A DNA stretch of 64,000 bases from Entomortierella parvispora E1425 (taxonomy: Eukaryota > Fungi > Mortierellomycota). Below, piece by piece: positions 24,013 to 37,567 of this stretch. Made by a program: the position numbers and the translations under genes. The notes below the pieces were generated by a model. It ran no database searches and was not told the DNA's origin. It saw only the letters and a program-made list of their open reading frames with translations. The stretch covers positions 1,240,001 to 1,304,000 of the forward strand of contig BQFW01000003.1 of the NCBI GenBank assembly GCA_020891255.1, read 5' to 3'. Position 1 is the first letter of the stretch. Each line of letters opens with the position of its first letter.

Positions 24013-26963
24013 AAAAAAAAAGAGGGCAGCGGCGGCGGCAATGGTGGTGGCCGAGGGGTTTATGGCATGGATCGATGCGAAAGGAGGAAGGGAAGAGGGG
24101 TGGGGGAATAGAGGGACAGAGGGGTTTATTCGACCACCAACAAGCTCAAACCGATACTGCTCTGGAGAACCTGTCCATAAGAAGACAAGACTCCAATCGA
24201 CGCGATGACAGGTGCATTTTGCTGTGTTGTGTTGTATTCCCCCCACTTGTACCTTCACCCTCCACCCCAACTCATTCGTTCATGCACTTCTCAGCCCAAC
24301 CTGACCTGACCCGACTCGTCTCCTACACAACCCCCTCCCTTCCCCTTCCCTCTGTGCCTCTCTCTCTCGCTCTCTCTCTCCCACCTGCCTTTCCCTTCCT
24401 TCCTCATCTTTGACCCAAAAGACTTTCGTCATGGCTCTGTCTTTTTGTTTGTGCTAGGCAGGGGTTCTCCGTGATTGCTCTTTTTTTTTATTCACCTCGA
24501 GTGAAAAGGCCCTCGCGTTGCTCATTTTTTTTTTTTTTGGCTGCTCTCGTTTTTCATCTGATCACCATAAATTACGAGAGAAAGGCTTGTTCTCCTCCCC
24601 CATAAATAATAATGCATTCTTGAGCCAAGAGCAACCGCTCTAGCAAACCAAAATGACGATACACGAATGCACGAACTGAGCGCCTGGATTTTTTTTTTTT
24701 TTTTTTTTTTTTGACTGTTGGATAGATTTGCTATCCGAGCACCCCTGTCTGTTGTGGCCCTAAACCTCGCTGGACCCAAGTGGAAGGAAAAAATGGCGCT
24801 TCTTGCTTCTTGTTCGGGTGCCCATTAAAAAAAGACACCCACATCAACACCCAAATGGAAAGGAGGGAAAAAAAAGAACGAGCTCACGAGATGTTCAAAC
24901 AAACAAATAAACAACTGACAAACCCGAAAACTAGGGCGTAGGTACATAGTTTGGTCCAAGGGTTCGCATGTACGAGAAGAAAAGAAAGCCCTCGAAGGTT
25001 CGAACAAACCAAACCACCATGGCAGCAAGGACAGACAAAAAAATTGGCGCGCTTGATCCTCCTCCTTTTTCCATCTCTGGGGGGGGGGCTGATGGAGGAC
25101 GGCCGTTCGTTTTGTTTGTCTTTCAGCCGTGCATGTTTGTTGTTTGAACGATGGGATGGCTGAATGGGACGGAGGGAGAGATTGAAGAGCGATTCACCAG
25201 AAAATTGACAAACCCCTATCCGCACACCACACACCCTCTTTGCACATGGTTGGTTTTCAAAGGCCCTTTTTTTTTGTTTTGTTTGTTTACTGCCACCGCC
25301 CTCGATCGCCTGGTTATATTTTTTTTATATCTATCCCACAAAGGTTCATTCCTGTTCTCTCCAAGAAAGCGGTATAGAGAAGGGGAAGAAAGTGAAGGGA
25401 ATAATAGAAGTAACAAAAGGAAAAGGGGGGGGGGGGGGGTAAATGCAAGGTGATGGAAGATTCATGACGACGAGGACCTACCGATAGGATGGCCACGAGA
25501 TTTTTTGACTTGCAGGGGAGACACAGGGCGGTTAGGTCCTTTTTGTTGTTCGTGAGAGCAATGACAAAAGAACTGTTATTTTCTTTGGTTGCAGGATGTG
25601 TCAAGAGAGAACGGAAAGAAAGAGAGAGAGAGAGAGATGAGAGCCTTTTTGAACGGACGCGTCTGGTCCTCCGTCCACGTATGTTGGAAGGACACACGTT
25701 CGCATGAACAAAACCCAACCCATTTTCCGTTTTCCCCTTTCCCCTCTCTCGCTGGGTGGGCCGTGGTTGTCTCAGATCCAGTGTCAATGTAGAAAGAAGC
25801 AAATGGGCAATTATTGTCGGCGCTTCCACAAGCCGGTTTCAGGGAGAGCAAAAAAAATCGCTTTTTTGGTTCATTTCGTTCGCTCAATTGCCACCCAAGC
25901 GAGATTATCGTGAGAATGGCCCAATCCTGGGTGTGCCCGTCATTCTAGTCCCCTCATTTCGAACAAATCTCTCTCTATCTCACTCGTTCCATCAAAGATC
26001 GGGATGCACTTTTGAGCTCGAGTGTGGGTGGTTTTTTCTTTTGTTGATATTACAATTTGAACGCTTGACGACATTAACCAAATGCCCCCTCATTTCCTCT
26101 ACGTGACACGACGACAAACCAAAGAAAAAAAAGGGATATCATGATCCCTATATTTTTTTTCTTTTTGGGCGTTAAACTTGCTAGAGTTCAAGGGCCATCG
26201 TCCTGCATTGGTTGGTCTGTTCAACTTTACCTTCTCTCGGTCAGGGTCCTTTGTTGCCCATCTGCTGACAAGATTTACATTAGCGATAACAATATTGGAC
26301 CATGTGGTAACGCTGTTGTTGTTGTTCTGGATGTTTACATTCTGCACAAGCGCGCACGCCATCAACACACCGCCACAAAAGAACAAAAAATAGCTTTTGA
26401 ACGCCCATTGTTAGTCTACTGTTGTTTTGGGATAATTGTCCACCGAACAGGAAAAAACAGGACGAACAAGACAATCAGTCCCCCCAACTAAAAAAATACG
26501 TACTGTATCGATCCTCCCTTCTCTCTCTCTCTCTCTCGTCACCAAGACACAAAACAGCATGGCCTGTCAGCTCGCGGTTGGTGCACAGTCGCTAGGCTTT
26601 TTTTTCTTTCTCGTCAGCAACAAATGTTTGACGTATCGTCCATGCCCACGGGGGAGACTTTGAGGTACTCCTGGTCTTGTAATAGTACGTGTCAATAATG
26701 TACGTACGTGCCCACCCCAACACCCATCAGCCCTTCTGAAATCAACATTGTTCCTTGATTTCCAAGGCTCTGGAACCGTCCCGTCCGCGTGACCGACTGC
26801 CACGTACTGGGCTTTGCCGGTACCGAAAGTGCATTTCAACTTTGTGGACGTGTCCTCGAATCAGATATCGCGTCGCGTGGTGCATTTGGAAACCTTAATA
26901 GTCAGGTGACTTTTACGTTGAATGAAATTCCTTTATTCCTTGCAAATGGTTCCTAATGTTCCA

Positions 26964-29900
26964 TCAATGTTCCTTTGCTGGCGAGACTTGCAGCGGCAAC
27001 TTCCAGTCCTTGCCAAGGATGCGGCCGTGGTATTCTTCAATAAACCGATCAGCAACATTCATATCCTTGACCCTATCGGAGATTTCAGTGGAATACAAAG
27101 TGAGGAGGACAAAAAGGTGCTGGTCAGGGACGCCAATTCTTAAAGATGTCACCGATTGCTCTACGGATGACTTACTTTAGAAAGGCGACACCTTTTCCTT
27201 TGCCAGTTCTTGGATCTCGAAGAACGTTACAGTGCTCAATATGATATGGTCGGAATAACTCTCGAAGCTAACGGGGAGGTTCGATTCATATTAACACAAC
27301 CTGGTCATTTGACAAAACGTGGCACCAGTCTATTCCAGACAAACATAGCTCACCTTGTGTTCCTTAATAAGTGGCGGGATGTTCTGGAGAAACAATGTAT
27401 CGGACCTGACCTTGCAACGCAATTTGTTTGTCGCAGACTGGATAGCCACCTCAGCATGATATCCCAACTCCTTCATCCCCTGAATTGCCCGCTCAACACT
27501 TTCCTTGTGGATATACATGACAAATCCCAGGCCAGTACAGACACCATGATGAGTTGTGATAGTGCGGCAGGACATGACAGGACCAAACCTACAGAGTATA
27601 ATACATGGGCGTGGTGAGTCCGCCAGTCGTAACGTCATAAAACGTGCTTCCACAATTTCCACAATTCTTTGTTCTTACTTGACGCAAATGTCATAAAGCT
27701 TGAACTCGTTCATGGTCGGCTCCAAGTCTTTAAGGAACAAGTTAAGATTGTACTCCTTTTCGTCCAAGGATTTGTTTGTGTTTCCACGCCTCTTGAGATC
27801 CTGACTTGGTGGATGACCAAGCACGCCATGTTTCTCATTGTCGGTGACGACCGACTTTGGTTTTGCTGGAACTCTCAGCATGGCAGAGTATGATATACCA
27901 GGTTTGACTGTCCGGGCTGAAATCTCTGTTTCGCTAGACTTTGCATCTTCCGTCGTCGCATCAGCTGAGTCCCGGTCGATGATAGGAAGAGGAAAATGAG
28001 ACGTGGTATCGGCTGCCTCATCCGTCCCCGCACCATATGATGCAATCGATGATGAAGGTGATAACGAGACGGACATTGGCGACACACCTAGCATCGATAA
28101 CTTTTCCTGTGCGGCTGACAGTGCGACCCTCCCTTCTTCAAAACCAGGCGGCGGTCCTTTTGTGATGCTACTAAAAGCAAAGGGTTCTGATGTAGGCATG
28201 TCCCAGGGGCAGTCATCATCTCCCTCTTGGGGGCTGGGTGGGGTGACGGCATTGACATTTGTTGAAGATGAAATCTGTCCAACTGAGTCCATGGGAGACA
28301 CGTATCCGTTGCGTGGGAGCTGCATCATCTCCTGGTGCTGCTGATAGTACTGGTGGTAGAGTTGATCATCGATTGCAGGTCCACTCTGGTATGCAGTGCC
28401 TGACTCGACATGCGAAACTCGATACCCTTCATTTGACAGAGAGCACACAGCAAACTCTGCATCACGATGGGACTCAAAGCTAACCACACCCATCCTAGGG
28501 CAAAGCTCGTTGATATCGCGAATATCGACAGAACTCATGACCAAAGGTCCGTATCTACAGGAATAAATGGCTGATGTTAGCATTTGGTATAACTACCATT
28601 GCATTGTGCTTCCAATGGAAGGCATGTCTTACTGTGCAAACAAGTAGAACAAGTCTAGGTAACGAACATGGTCAGGGAAGTCTTCAAATTTCACAGATGA
28701 TCGCTGACTAGGTCTTTCCTCACTCATGAACTCATCAATCATTGTACTAGATATATGAGGTGCGTGTGATGATCCAGAATGATGCGAAGGCTCAGTATTA
28801 CTCGACATCTGAGGGGCGACGGATGCGCAGTTGGACAGCTCTAGAGCATTCTATTTTACCATGGAAATCTCCATTAGACAAGGCTAGCTCAGCGTTCAGA
28901 CTGGCATCTAGGAATTTTCGTGCTCGACCTACCATATATTTATCAATATCATTTACGCTGGAGTAGGCAGTTTTATGGTCCATAAAGGAAGGTTGACGAT
29001 GAAATCCACCTGCCATATTGTACTCGTCGGACAACATTTTTTGGTGCGTTCCGATGAAGCCACTGTCAAAGTCGAGAAAGGAATGACCAAGCGTGAACGA
29101 TGTGTCTGAGACTAGATCATCATCGTCCGATGAAATCCCGTCCTTTTTTGTGGGTGTAGATATATGCTCTTCAGGTGACTCGGGCAATGGTGGACTATCC
29201 CATTTTGAACGGAGTTCCGCGGCTATCGACGACTTTGGTGGTGGTGGAGCTGGTGCAGATGCAATGGGTGATGGAATCTGAGTCGGCGACTTTTTAGGAT
29301 TTTGCTTGCTCGAGGGTAGTCCTGGGAACGCTGCGCTATCATCCAGCTGTGAATGAATAGGCACATCAGCAATCCGTCGGTTATTGACCATGATTTGGGA
29401 TTGCATCGTTGTTACTTGCCTCTGGAACCAGAGGCTTCACCTCGGTTGGGGTCGATTCCTCATAATGAAGATTCTTTAATGAAACAGAGTCGTGTGCTAC
29501 TGCAACATACAGGCCCTGTCGAGTTAGATCCCTACGCGCCTCGATGCAGCTCTCTTGAGAGTCGAAAAGAACAAAGCCTCCTTTGCAAAGCCCAGTGTTG
29601 TAATCTACAATGACCTTGCATGACAAGATGTTGCCATACCTGGTGCAAATAGGGACGGGTTCAGTTTGGTGGCAAGCAGGAAACATACCGAGAATCGGAA
29701 TCAGTACTTACGGCTTGAATCTGTCAAAGAGGCTCGTGGATGTAGTGTTGGGAGGTAAGCCTTTGACGTAGAGATTAAGTCGAGGATCCGGCGCATGGTC
29801 TAGAACCCGTGGCACGAGGACACTTGTTGCCAAGGTTAGACCTCCATCATCGGGCAGCTTGGTGGGATGAGGCGAAGGCCGGGCTGGACCTTCTGAGGAG

Positions 29901-30040
29901 GAGCGGGAGGAAGAGGAATTTGTTAGGGGCAAAGGCTCGTTGCTTGCCGGGGCTTTTAGTGAAGAGCCTTGGGAACCTGTGGGCCAGTGCGGGCTTTTGG
30001 GAGGCGGGGACTTATTCTTGGAGAGTTGAGCGCGCACCAT
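26964..30040 (-). CDS. RNA-binding protein with about 4 RRMs; RRM1 is RBMS1/MSSP/Shep-like; multi-exon with one GC-AG intron
   Basis: NLYVKGLPPNTT…PYGNILSCKVIVDYNTGLCKGGFVLFDS; degenerate RRM2 (…YGPLV…GVVSFES); NLFLKDLEP…FGPVMSCR…GLGFVMY; TLFLQNIP…GKGKGVAFL. Confidence 0.85.
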
Positions 30041-30886
30041 GGTTAAAGGAACGCAAGCAGAAGAGCAGGGGCAGTTGAGAAGAATGAAGGAGACGATGAA
30101 TGAGAGAATGGAAGACTCGGGAAACTCAGAGAATGCATGGAACAGCGGAATGCAGCCGAATGATACTATTTCTGTGCATGAGCGGTAACAAAAAAAAGAG
30201 GCAAAGCAACTGCGTGGGTGAGTGTGTGTGGATGGATGTGTTTTTGGGCGTGTGTTTGTGTGTGTGGACGAGGGTGTATGCGTGTGTATTGTGTGTATTG
30301 TGTGTATTGTGTGTGGGTGTGGGCGTGTGTTCACCTCACCCCTGTGCTGATGCTGCGTGAAAGACGCGAGCTGGGCTCGATATCAATGCATGTGCGTGGG
30401 ACCGTGTCTTCTCTCCTTGTTCTGTCTCTGTCAATCCCCTGTTTCCGACGATCTGTCTGTCTGTCTGTCTGTCTTGTCTGTCTGTCTGTCATGACTTGTC
30501 TTGTCTGTCTCTCAGTCAGTGTCTATGTGGTTATGTGGACGATGACCTTGTCTGCACCCCCGAATCGCGCCTACACCCCCCAGGCACCAGCCCTACGCGC
30601 TGGCGAGCAATGAATCACGTCACGTGACTGTCCTCATCACCGCAAACACTTCCGTCGCATGAGCTGCGCCACACAACACCTTGCCACTCATCGCCTCCAT
30701 GCAGACTGAAGACAGGCACGAACTCGCTCCTCAGCTCATTCACCCTTCGACTCGACATTCTCTCGGCCCCCTTGCGAACAAAGGATTACGCGCTAACGCA
30801 GACACCCAACACCGCACCCTCTCTGCTCCAGCTTCCTTCCTCCGCACCGGATCAGCTCAGGACCCCATCTACAAACACAAGGACCT

Positions 30887-33800
30887 ATGCAGCCAGAAGA
30901 AGCACAGCCTGTGGGCGATGCCGATCAGGCAAAGACCGTAGCCCAGACACAACATGGCGCTTACCGCCCTACCGTCAAGGACATGCAGAATGACTCGGTT
31001 GCTGAATACACAGACTTGTGGTCCGGTGACCGTGAGCCAGAGTTTGATGCCGCCATTGTCAATCGTGTTTTCCAGGATGAGCTTCTCAAGAACGACTTTA
31101 GCGTCCAGAAACTGACGCTCCTGGAAGTTGGCCAGTACTTGGAGAAGGTAGGCAGAGTTTATTATGTCTGCAGACTAAACTGGTCTCTCTCGATCTGCAT
31201 ATATGCCTTTTTTTATTTTCTGCGCCTCGCCTCTTCATGGATCACCTATACTGACCGTTCTTCTTCATACCGTTAGTATCTCTGGAGACACTATGAGCCC
31301 GATCGGTCCTCAACAACGTACATTCTGTCCATCGTTCTGATGGTAAATGAAAAGTTCAGGAGCAGAGTCCCAGCGTGGGGTAAGTTCTAGCCCAATTGCC
31401 AACTCTACTGTACGTAAGGCTCTGCATACTTACACCTATCAATCATAGGTGCGTTCGAAGACTCCCCAGAGCATTTCCCGGCCTTTTTCGAGGCTGTTTT
31501 GCGGCTTTGTGTACAGGATTCAGAGGAGGTTGACCTCGGGATGAAGCGTTATCTCTTGGTCTTCATGATTAACTGCTTTCAGAGTCTCGAGAACGTGTTG
31601 ATTAGATCAGAATGCATGCGGTACGAGTTGATCTGGATGTTCAAGGGATGCTCGCTGAGTTCTTGACGATCATAGGCGACTTTATTGACTTTATCTTGGC
31701 ATATTTAGATTGGTTTCACTTTCAACATGGCATTGTCTAGTCTCTCCAGCAGTTCGCGAAGTCGAATTCAAGGAATACCCACAGCTGGTGAAGTTTTGGA
31801 AGCACTTTGAAAAGAAGTTTGATGCTTCAGGTAACACCCGGGAACTTTCAACGATTGTGCGTTTGGAGCGAATGTATGGATCTAATAAGTAAAGTATCGC
31901 TCTACCTATTTAGAATCGAGTCAGCAGGAAAAGTCAATATTCGAGAGGACTTGGTTGAGTGAGATGATGAAGAACTTTATCAACATCCTGGAGTCATCAG
32001 CCACTGGTGACCAAGGTAAAGGGACACCACATTGAATCAGGCATAAGACGTATCTGAAGGCGACTCTAACCATTATCCGGTTCATAGATAAAATCGCTTA
32101 CTGCGAACGGTTCTTGGAGTTCCTTATCGATCTCGAGGCGCAATTACCCACGAGGCGCTTCTTCAACACTCTGCTCGAGGACCATCAAATTGTCACAATC
32201 TGCAAGCTGTCGAAACTGGCTTGTGATAAAGTGTCAGGGACTCTCTTTTCTCAACTTTTGGACATTCTTGTCTTCTACGCTGGATTCGAAATCAATGGAC
32301 ACACAGGCCTTGCACTCACAAAGGAAGAGATGATCGATATCCATGCCTCAAAGTTAACAAAACTTCAGGTAGGTTGAGATTTGAATAGTTGAACCAGTTC
32401 ATATTGATCTCTCCACTAACACATTTGTTTAATCTGACCATACTAGCGTATTGCATTTACACATTTCAAGGACGAACTTATGGACTTGGCCATGACCAAC
32501 CATCGCTCGATCGAATCCAGAGAGGCACTCGCCACATATTTTAACCAACTCAACATGGAGCAGCTTATTCAACTTTGCGATCTGCTTAATATCAGGACGT
32601 CCAACGTCTCTGACCCTTCTCAACAGCACTCACAACATATCCTCAAGGAGCTGCTTCTGACCCGCTTTGAGAAGCCTAGCAGTCAAATCGAACGCATCAA
32701 CTCATTGCCACTTTATCCTGACGAAAATGCACTCTTTGAGGATGCCGCTGTGCAAGAAGAGATGTACAACACTGACCGACCCCTGGCTCTCCCAAAATTG
32801 AACCTCCAGTTCTTGACGCTTCACGATTATCTGTTACGCAACTTCAACCTCTTCCGCCTAGAGAGCAACTACGAAATCCGTCAGGATATTGAGGATGCTG
32901 TCAGACGTCTTGGCCCACGCCCAGCGTCCAACGAGGGCTCGACCGCTTTCTCTGGATGGTCCAGAGTTGCTGCCCCTATCAGTTTTTTCAAGTATGGACC
33001 CTTGCCTTTGCTAGTTTAATTTCATTTTGTCTATAGGATCAAAAATGGGCCGACACTAACTCTTTTTCATTTTAAACTGAATGGCTGTTCTTAGAATGGT
33101 GGAGCTTGGCAAGCCCAACCTTGGAGAAGATCGTTTGTCAAAGGTTACTGCTGATGTCACGTTCAATGTCAGAAAGTACACAGACGCTATTCAGGCAGAG
33201 TGGGAGGCAATTCGCGAGCATGATATCCTGTTCTTGCTCACGATTGAAGCACATGACCATATGGATGAGGAGTGGGATGGAAAGGGCTCATTCAGGAAGC
33301 ATTATGGCCTTAAGTATGTCCGTGGCTGTGAGGTCCTCAGCGTCATTGGCCCAAATGGAAAACCTTTTGATTACAAGAAGAGCGACCCTCAGATGATTCA
33401 GGAACATCGAACTGGCAACACTCGCACTTTCAGAGTTGCACTTGATCCTAATCAGTACAAGCTTGACCAGGAAGCTGCAAAGAAGAATGGAGGAGGGGAC
33501 GTCTACCAGACCTTCAACATTGTACTTCGCCGAAAGCCCGAGGAAAACAACTTTAAGCCAGTGCTGGAAACTATTCGAGACTTGATGCAGAACGACCTTA
33601 TGATTCCCGACTGGTTGCACGATGTATTCTTGGGATATGGAAACCCAAACAGCGCTCATTACTCCCAGCTCAAGAAACAGATTCAGGAGATTGATTTCCG
33701 CGATACGTTCCAGGATTTGGACCATCTCAAATCTGCCTTCCCTGGAATGAACATCAAGGCCAAGGAGGGCGATGAGGGATCATTAGCTGCTCCATTTGTC

Positions 33801-36150
33801 GTTCGATTCCCCGATGCCCCAGAGGAATCTACTGCAGGATCCAAGAAGAAGAAGGGTGCCGATAAGGCCAGCAAGGGCAAGAACAAACCTGAAAGCGAGG
33901 CTCAAGCACAGGATGAGCTTATTGTCAGCACCTACACCACGCCAAACATGGGGCCTTACCCCGAAGATATCCCCAACATGAACCAGATCCGATTCACACC
34001 TACTCAAGTAGAGGCTATCAAGGCAGGAACGAACCCAGGTTTGACAATGGTGGTTGGACCCCCCGGAACAGGAAAGACCGACGTTGCTGTGCAGATCATT
34101 GCCAACCTCTACAACAACTTCCCCAACCAGCACACACTCTTGGTGACGCATTCTAATCAAGCCCTGAACCAGCTCTTTGAGAAGATCATTGCTTTGGATG
34201 TGGATGAGCGCCACTTGCTTCGTCTTGGTCACGGAGAGGAGGAGTTGAACACCGAGTTGAGCTTCAGCAAGTATGGTCGTGTCACCTCGTTCCTGGAGAA
34301 GCGCGTGAACCTTTTGGCTGAGGTGGACCGCCTAGCCCAATCACTGGAGATTGGTGGCGAGCATGGTTCGACTTGCGAAACAGCTGGATACTTCAACTCT
34401 TACCACGTCATCCCAATTTGGGAAAAGTACGAGCAGCAAGTACAGGACTCTGGCAGCCTGGAAGAAATCCAGGCGACCTTCCCCTTCCACCAGTTCTTCA
34501 GTAACGCCCCCACCCCTCTCTTCTCTGGATGCTCTACAGCAGATGAGGCTCTTGAAGTAGCCCGTGGTTGCTTCCGTCATCTGAAGAAGCTCTTTGAGCA
34601 ATTGGAGGAAGTTTCCGCGTTCGAGTTACTGAGAACCAGTTACGATCGGGCCAACTATTTGTTGACAAAGGAGGCCAAGATCATCGCTATGACCTGCACA
34701 CATGCCGCATTGAAGAGACGTGAGCTTGTCAAGCTGGGATTCAAGTACGACAACATTGTGATGGAGGAGGCTGCTCAGATCCTGGAGGTCGAGACTTTTA
34801 TTCCCATGTTGTTGCAGGAGCCTGAGGATGGCGTCAACCGCCTGAAGCGCGTGGTCTTGATTGGAGACCATAACCAGCTGCCCCCTGTGGTCAAGAACAC
34901 AGCTTTCCAACAATACGGCAACATGGAACAGAGTATGTTTACGCGTTTCGTCCGCTTGGGCGTGCCTACCGTTCAGTTGGATGCACAGGGTCGTGCTCGT
35001 TCTGAAATGGCGGATCTGTACAAGTGGCGCTACAAGGAATTGGGCGATCTTCCTAACATCTTGGAGCGTGAGGAGTTCAAGTATGCCAACCCTGGCTTCA
35101 AATTCGACTTCCAGTTTGTGAATGTCGATAATTTCAATGGCAAGGGTGAGACGGCACCTCGTCCCCACTTTATCCAAAACTTGGGTGAAGCCGAGTATAT
35201 CGTGGCTGTTTACCAGTACATGGTCTTGTTGGGATACCCACCAGAAAAGATTACAATCTTGACGACCTATAATGGCCAAAAAGATTTGATCCGAGACGTC
35301 CTCAAGCAACGCTGTAGTTGGAACCCTATCTTTGGTCGACCTGCGGCTGTCACGACAGTGGACAAGTACCAGGGTCAACAAAATGACTGTAAGGAACTAT
35401 TCGTGACTATATTCAATTGATTTTGTTCTGAAAAAAAGTTGTTCTAACGTTATTTGACAATTCTCTTCTTTTGTATGATTAGACGTTCTTTTGTCGCTGG
35501 TCAGGACAAAAACTGTGGGTCACGTCCGTGACGTCCGTCGTCTGATTGTAGCCTTGTCTCGTGCTCGCCTGGGTCTTTATATCTTTGGTCGTCAAAAGCT
35601 CTTTGAGAACTGCCACGAACTCGAGCCTGCTTTCAAGCAATTGCTGGCGCGTCCAACAAAGCTCTGGTTGAAGCGCGGGGAACGGTACACAGATGAGAAC
35701 CGACGAACCCTGGCCGAAACTGCAAAGGTGGATAGAGATTCTGACTCTGAGGAAGAGGAGGGTGAGGATGAATCCAAGCCCAAGACCAAGGGAAAGAAGC
35801 CATCCAAGAAGGACAAGGAGGCCAAAAAGGCTGCCCAAGAAAAGAAGAAGGCGGCTCAGGATGCCAAGAACGAGGAGAAGAAGAGCTACTCGGAGATCCA
35901 AGGTGTGGCTCAAATGGGCGAATATGTCTTTGGATTGCAAAAGGAACAGCAACGGTATGCTCTTCAACAACAGCAAGCCTACCTCGCAAGTATGGGTGTT
36001 CCTCATCAGGGGCAACAACAGACCAATGAGGCATCTGATGCATCTGAGGCTATGGACGTCTCCGAAGCAGACAAGTCTGGCAAGGAAGAAGATGGCAACG
36101 CCATGGATGTGGATTCTGAAGATGAGAACACCAAAGATGAAGACAACTAG
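30887..36150 (+). CDS. AQR: Intron-binding spliceosomal RNA helicase Aquarius (Cwf11/IBP160); about 9 exons
   Basis: [109 protein letters not shown]. Confidence 0.97.
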
Positions 36151-36342
36151 CGACAGAATTTATTCAATAGTCAACAAAAAACCCCATTCGTACTTTTTTT
36201 TTACAATCAAGACCATTGGTGGCATCTTGAATGATCGAGGGAGAGGTGTTTGTTAAAGCAGGAGACGATGACTTGAGTCAGATATGGTAACGCGGCCTGA
36301 TCGGCTATGAGAGCCAAATCCAATCAGAGCGCAGAGTACGCC

Positions 36343-36783
36343 TTATCCTGTGGCAGCAGCCTTTAAGGATCCCTGCACCATGACGCGATCATATGTTTTC
36401 TGAACGGCATCCAAGGTCCTCTCCAGCTCCTTTTGAAAGCCAGGAAAGGTTTGTGCGACGCTGACCATCTCATTGTTCACTTGTGTGAGAACCTCCATCT
36501 GATCGTTGGCTGATTTGACCAGGCCCTTCAGAGCGGCGACTCGAGATTGCTGAATCGCCATTCGATATTTGGTATTCGACAAGGCTTCCTGTTTGCTTGA
36601 GATCAAACGTTCCATCTCCTCCACGACCACATTCAAACACGCGTGTGCTTCCTCGGTGCGGCAGCAAAGATCCTCCAGTTGCGAGTCGATAGCGGCTAGT
36701 AACTCATGGGGTCTGCCCTTCAGAATGCCATTGCATAGCATGATATCAGTGGGATTCAACTCGACTTTTGTTTCCATCGCCAT
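36343..36783 (-). CDS. Hypothetical intronless coiled-coil protein (about 146 aa)
   Basis: Open frame with heptad-like composition (LEDLCCRTEEAH…VEEMERLISSKQEAL) and a CT-rich leader upstream of the ATG at 36783. No family recognised. Confidence 0.6.
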   Translation of the reverse strand: MAMETKVELNPTDIMLCNGILKGRPHELLAAIDSQLEDLCCRTEEAHACLNVVVEEMERLISSKQEALSNTKYRMAIQQSRVAALKGLVKSANDQMEVLTQVNNEMVSVAQTFPGFQKELERTLDAVQKTYDRVMVQGSLKAAATG

Positions 36784-37567
36784 TGCGCACGAGTACAAAT
36801 GAGTGTGATGAAGTGTAGGAGAGGGACAGAGTCTGCGATATCAACAAAGTGGGGTAGACAAGAGACGGTGGGAGGATGAAGAGGGAGAGAAACAGTCGTT
36901 GCTTTTGCTCGCTTTACATTCGTGTGCGGATGAAGTTAGAGTAAAGATATCAGCGTGAAGGGTCTGTCTGATCACGGCCATCAGCAGAATAACGGTGAGA
37001 GTAGCACAGTGTGGCTTTTATCATTTCTTCTTTCATTCCCCTCCTGAAAACTGGCTTTCTTTACACAGCAATTTCCAGGAACGGCAGGACTGAAACATCG
37101 AAGCTGGACGCGAACTGAATTGCCTCTCAAGATTACTGGACTGACCTGGCATGGCCCTTGGTAGAGCGGTGCCTGGGGATTTCATTCTGAATAGCACAAT
37201 TCCAGCCTTAGGTATATGCCTCAAGGGTCTCGACACTCCGATCCTCTTCTTGAATGTCCTCTTTGCGCTGTAAAGTTCTCTCATTTTTCTTATCAATTTT
37301 GTCTTTGCCATCCTCCCACAAGCCAACACGCAAAAGCGGTGTCAAGACAAACGGGAAAGGAGGAGAGGGAAGAAGTACGATGGGCACAAAGGAAAGCAGG
37401 CTCCTTGGTTGGCAGCTCCATTCATTCCATTTCACCATTGCTGCTCCCATTGACAAACTCATGCAAGTCCTCACCATTCAACCTTGCAGAACTCTCGGAC
37501 AGAAACGCAGGTCTCTGAGTCCTTTTCGCGCGGATCAGTCAAAGACAACGTAGCTGGTCCTTATCCA

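Noticed and set aside
21580-26660. Many 60-170 aa Phe/Leu/Ser- or Lys/Arg/Glu-rich ORFs
   Set aside because: They are translations of CT/GA microsatellites and homopolymer tracts, mostly with non-ATG starts.
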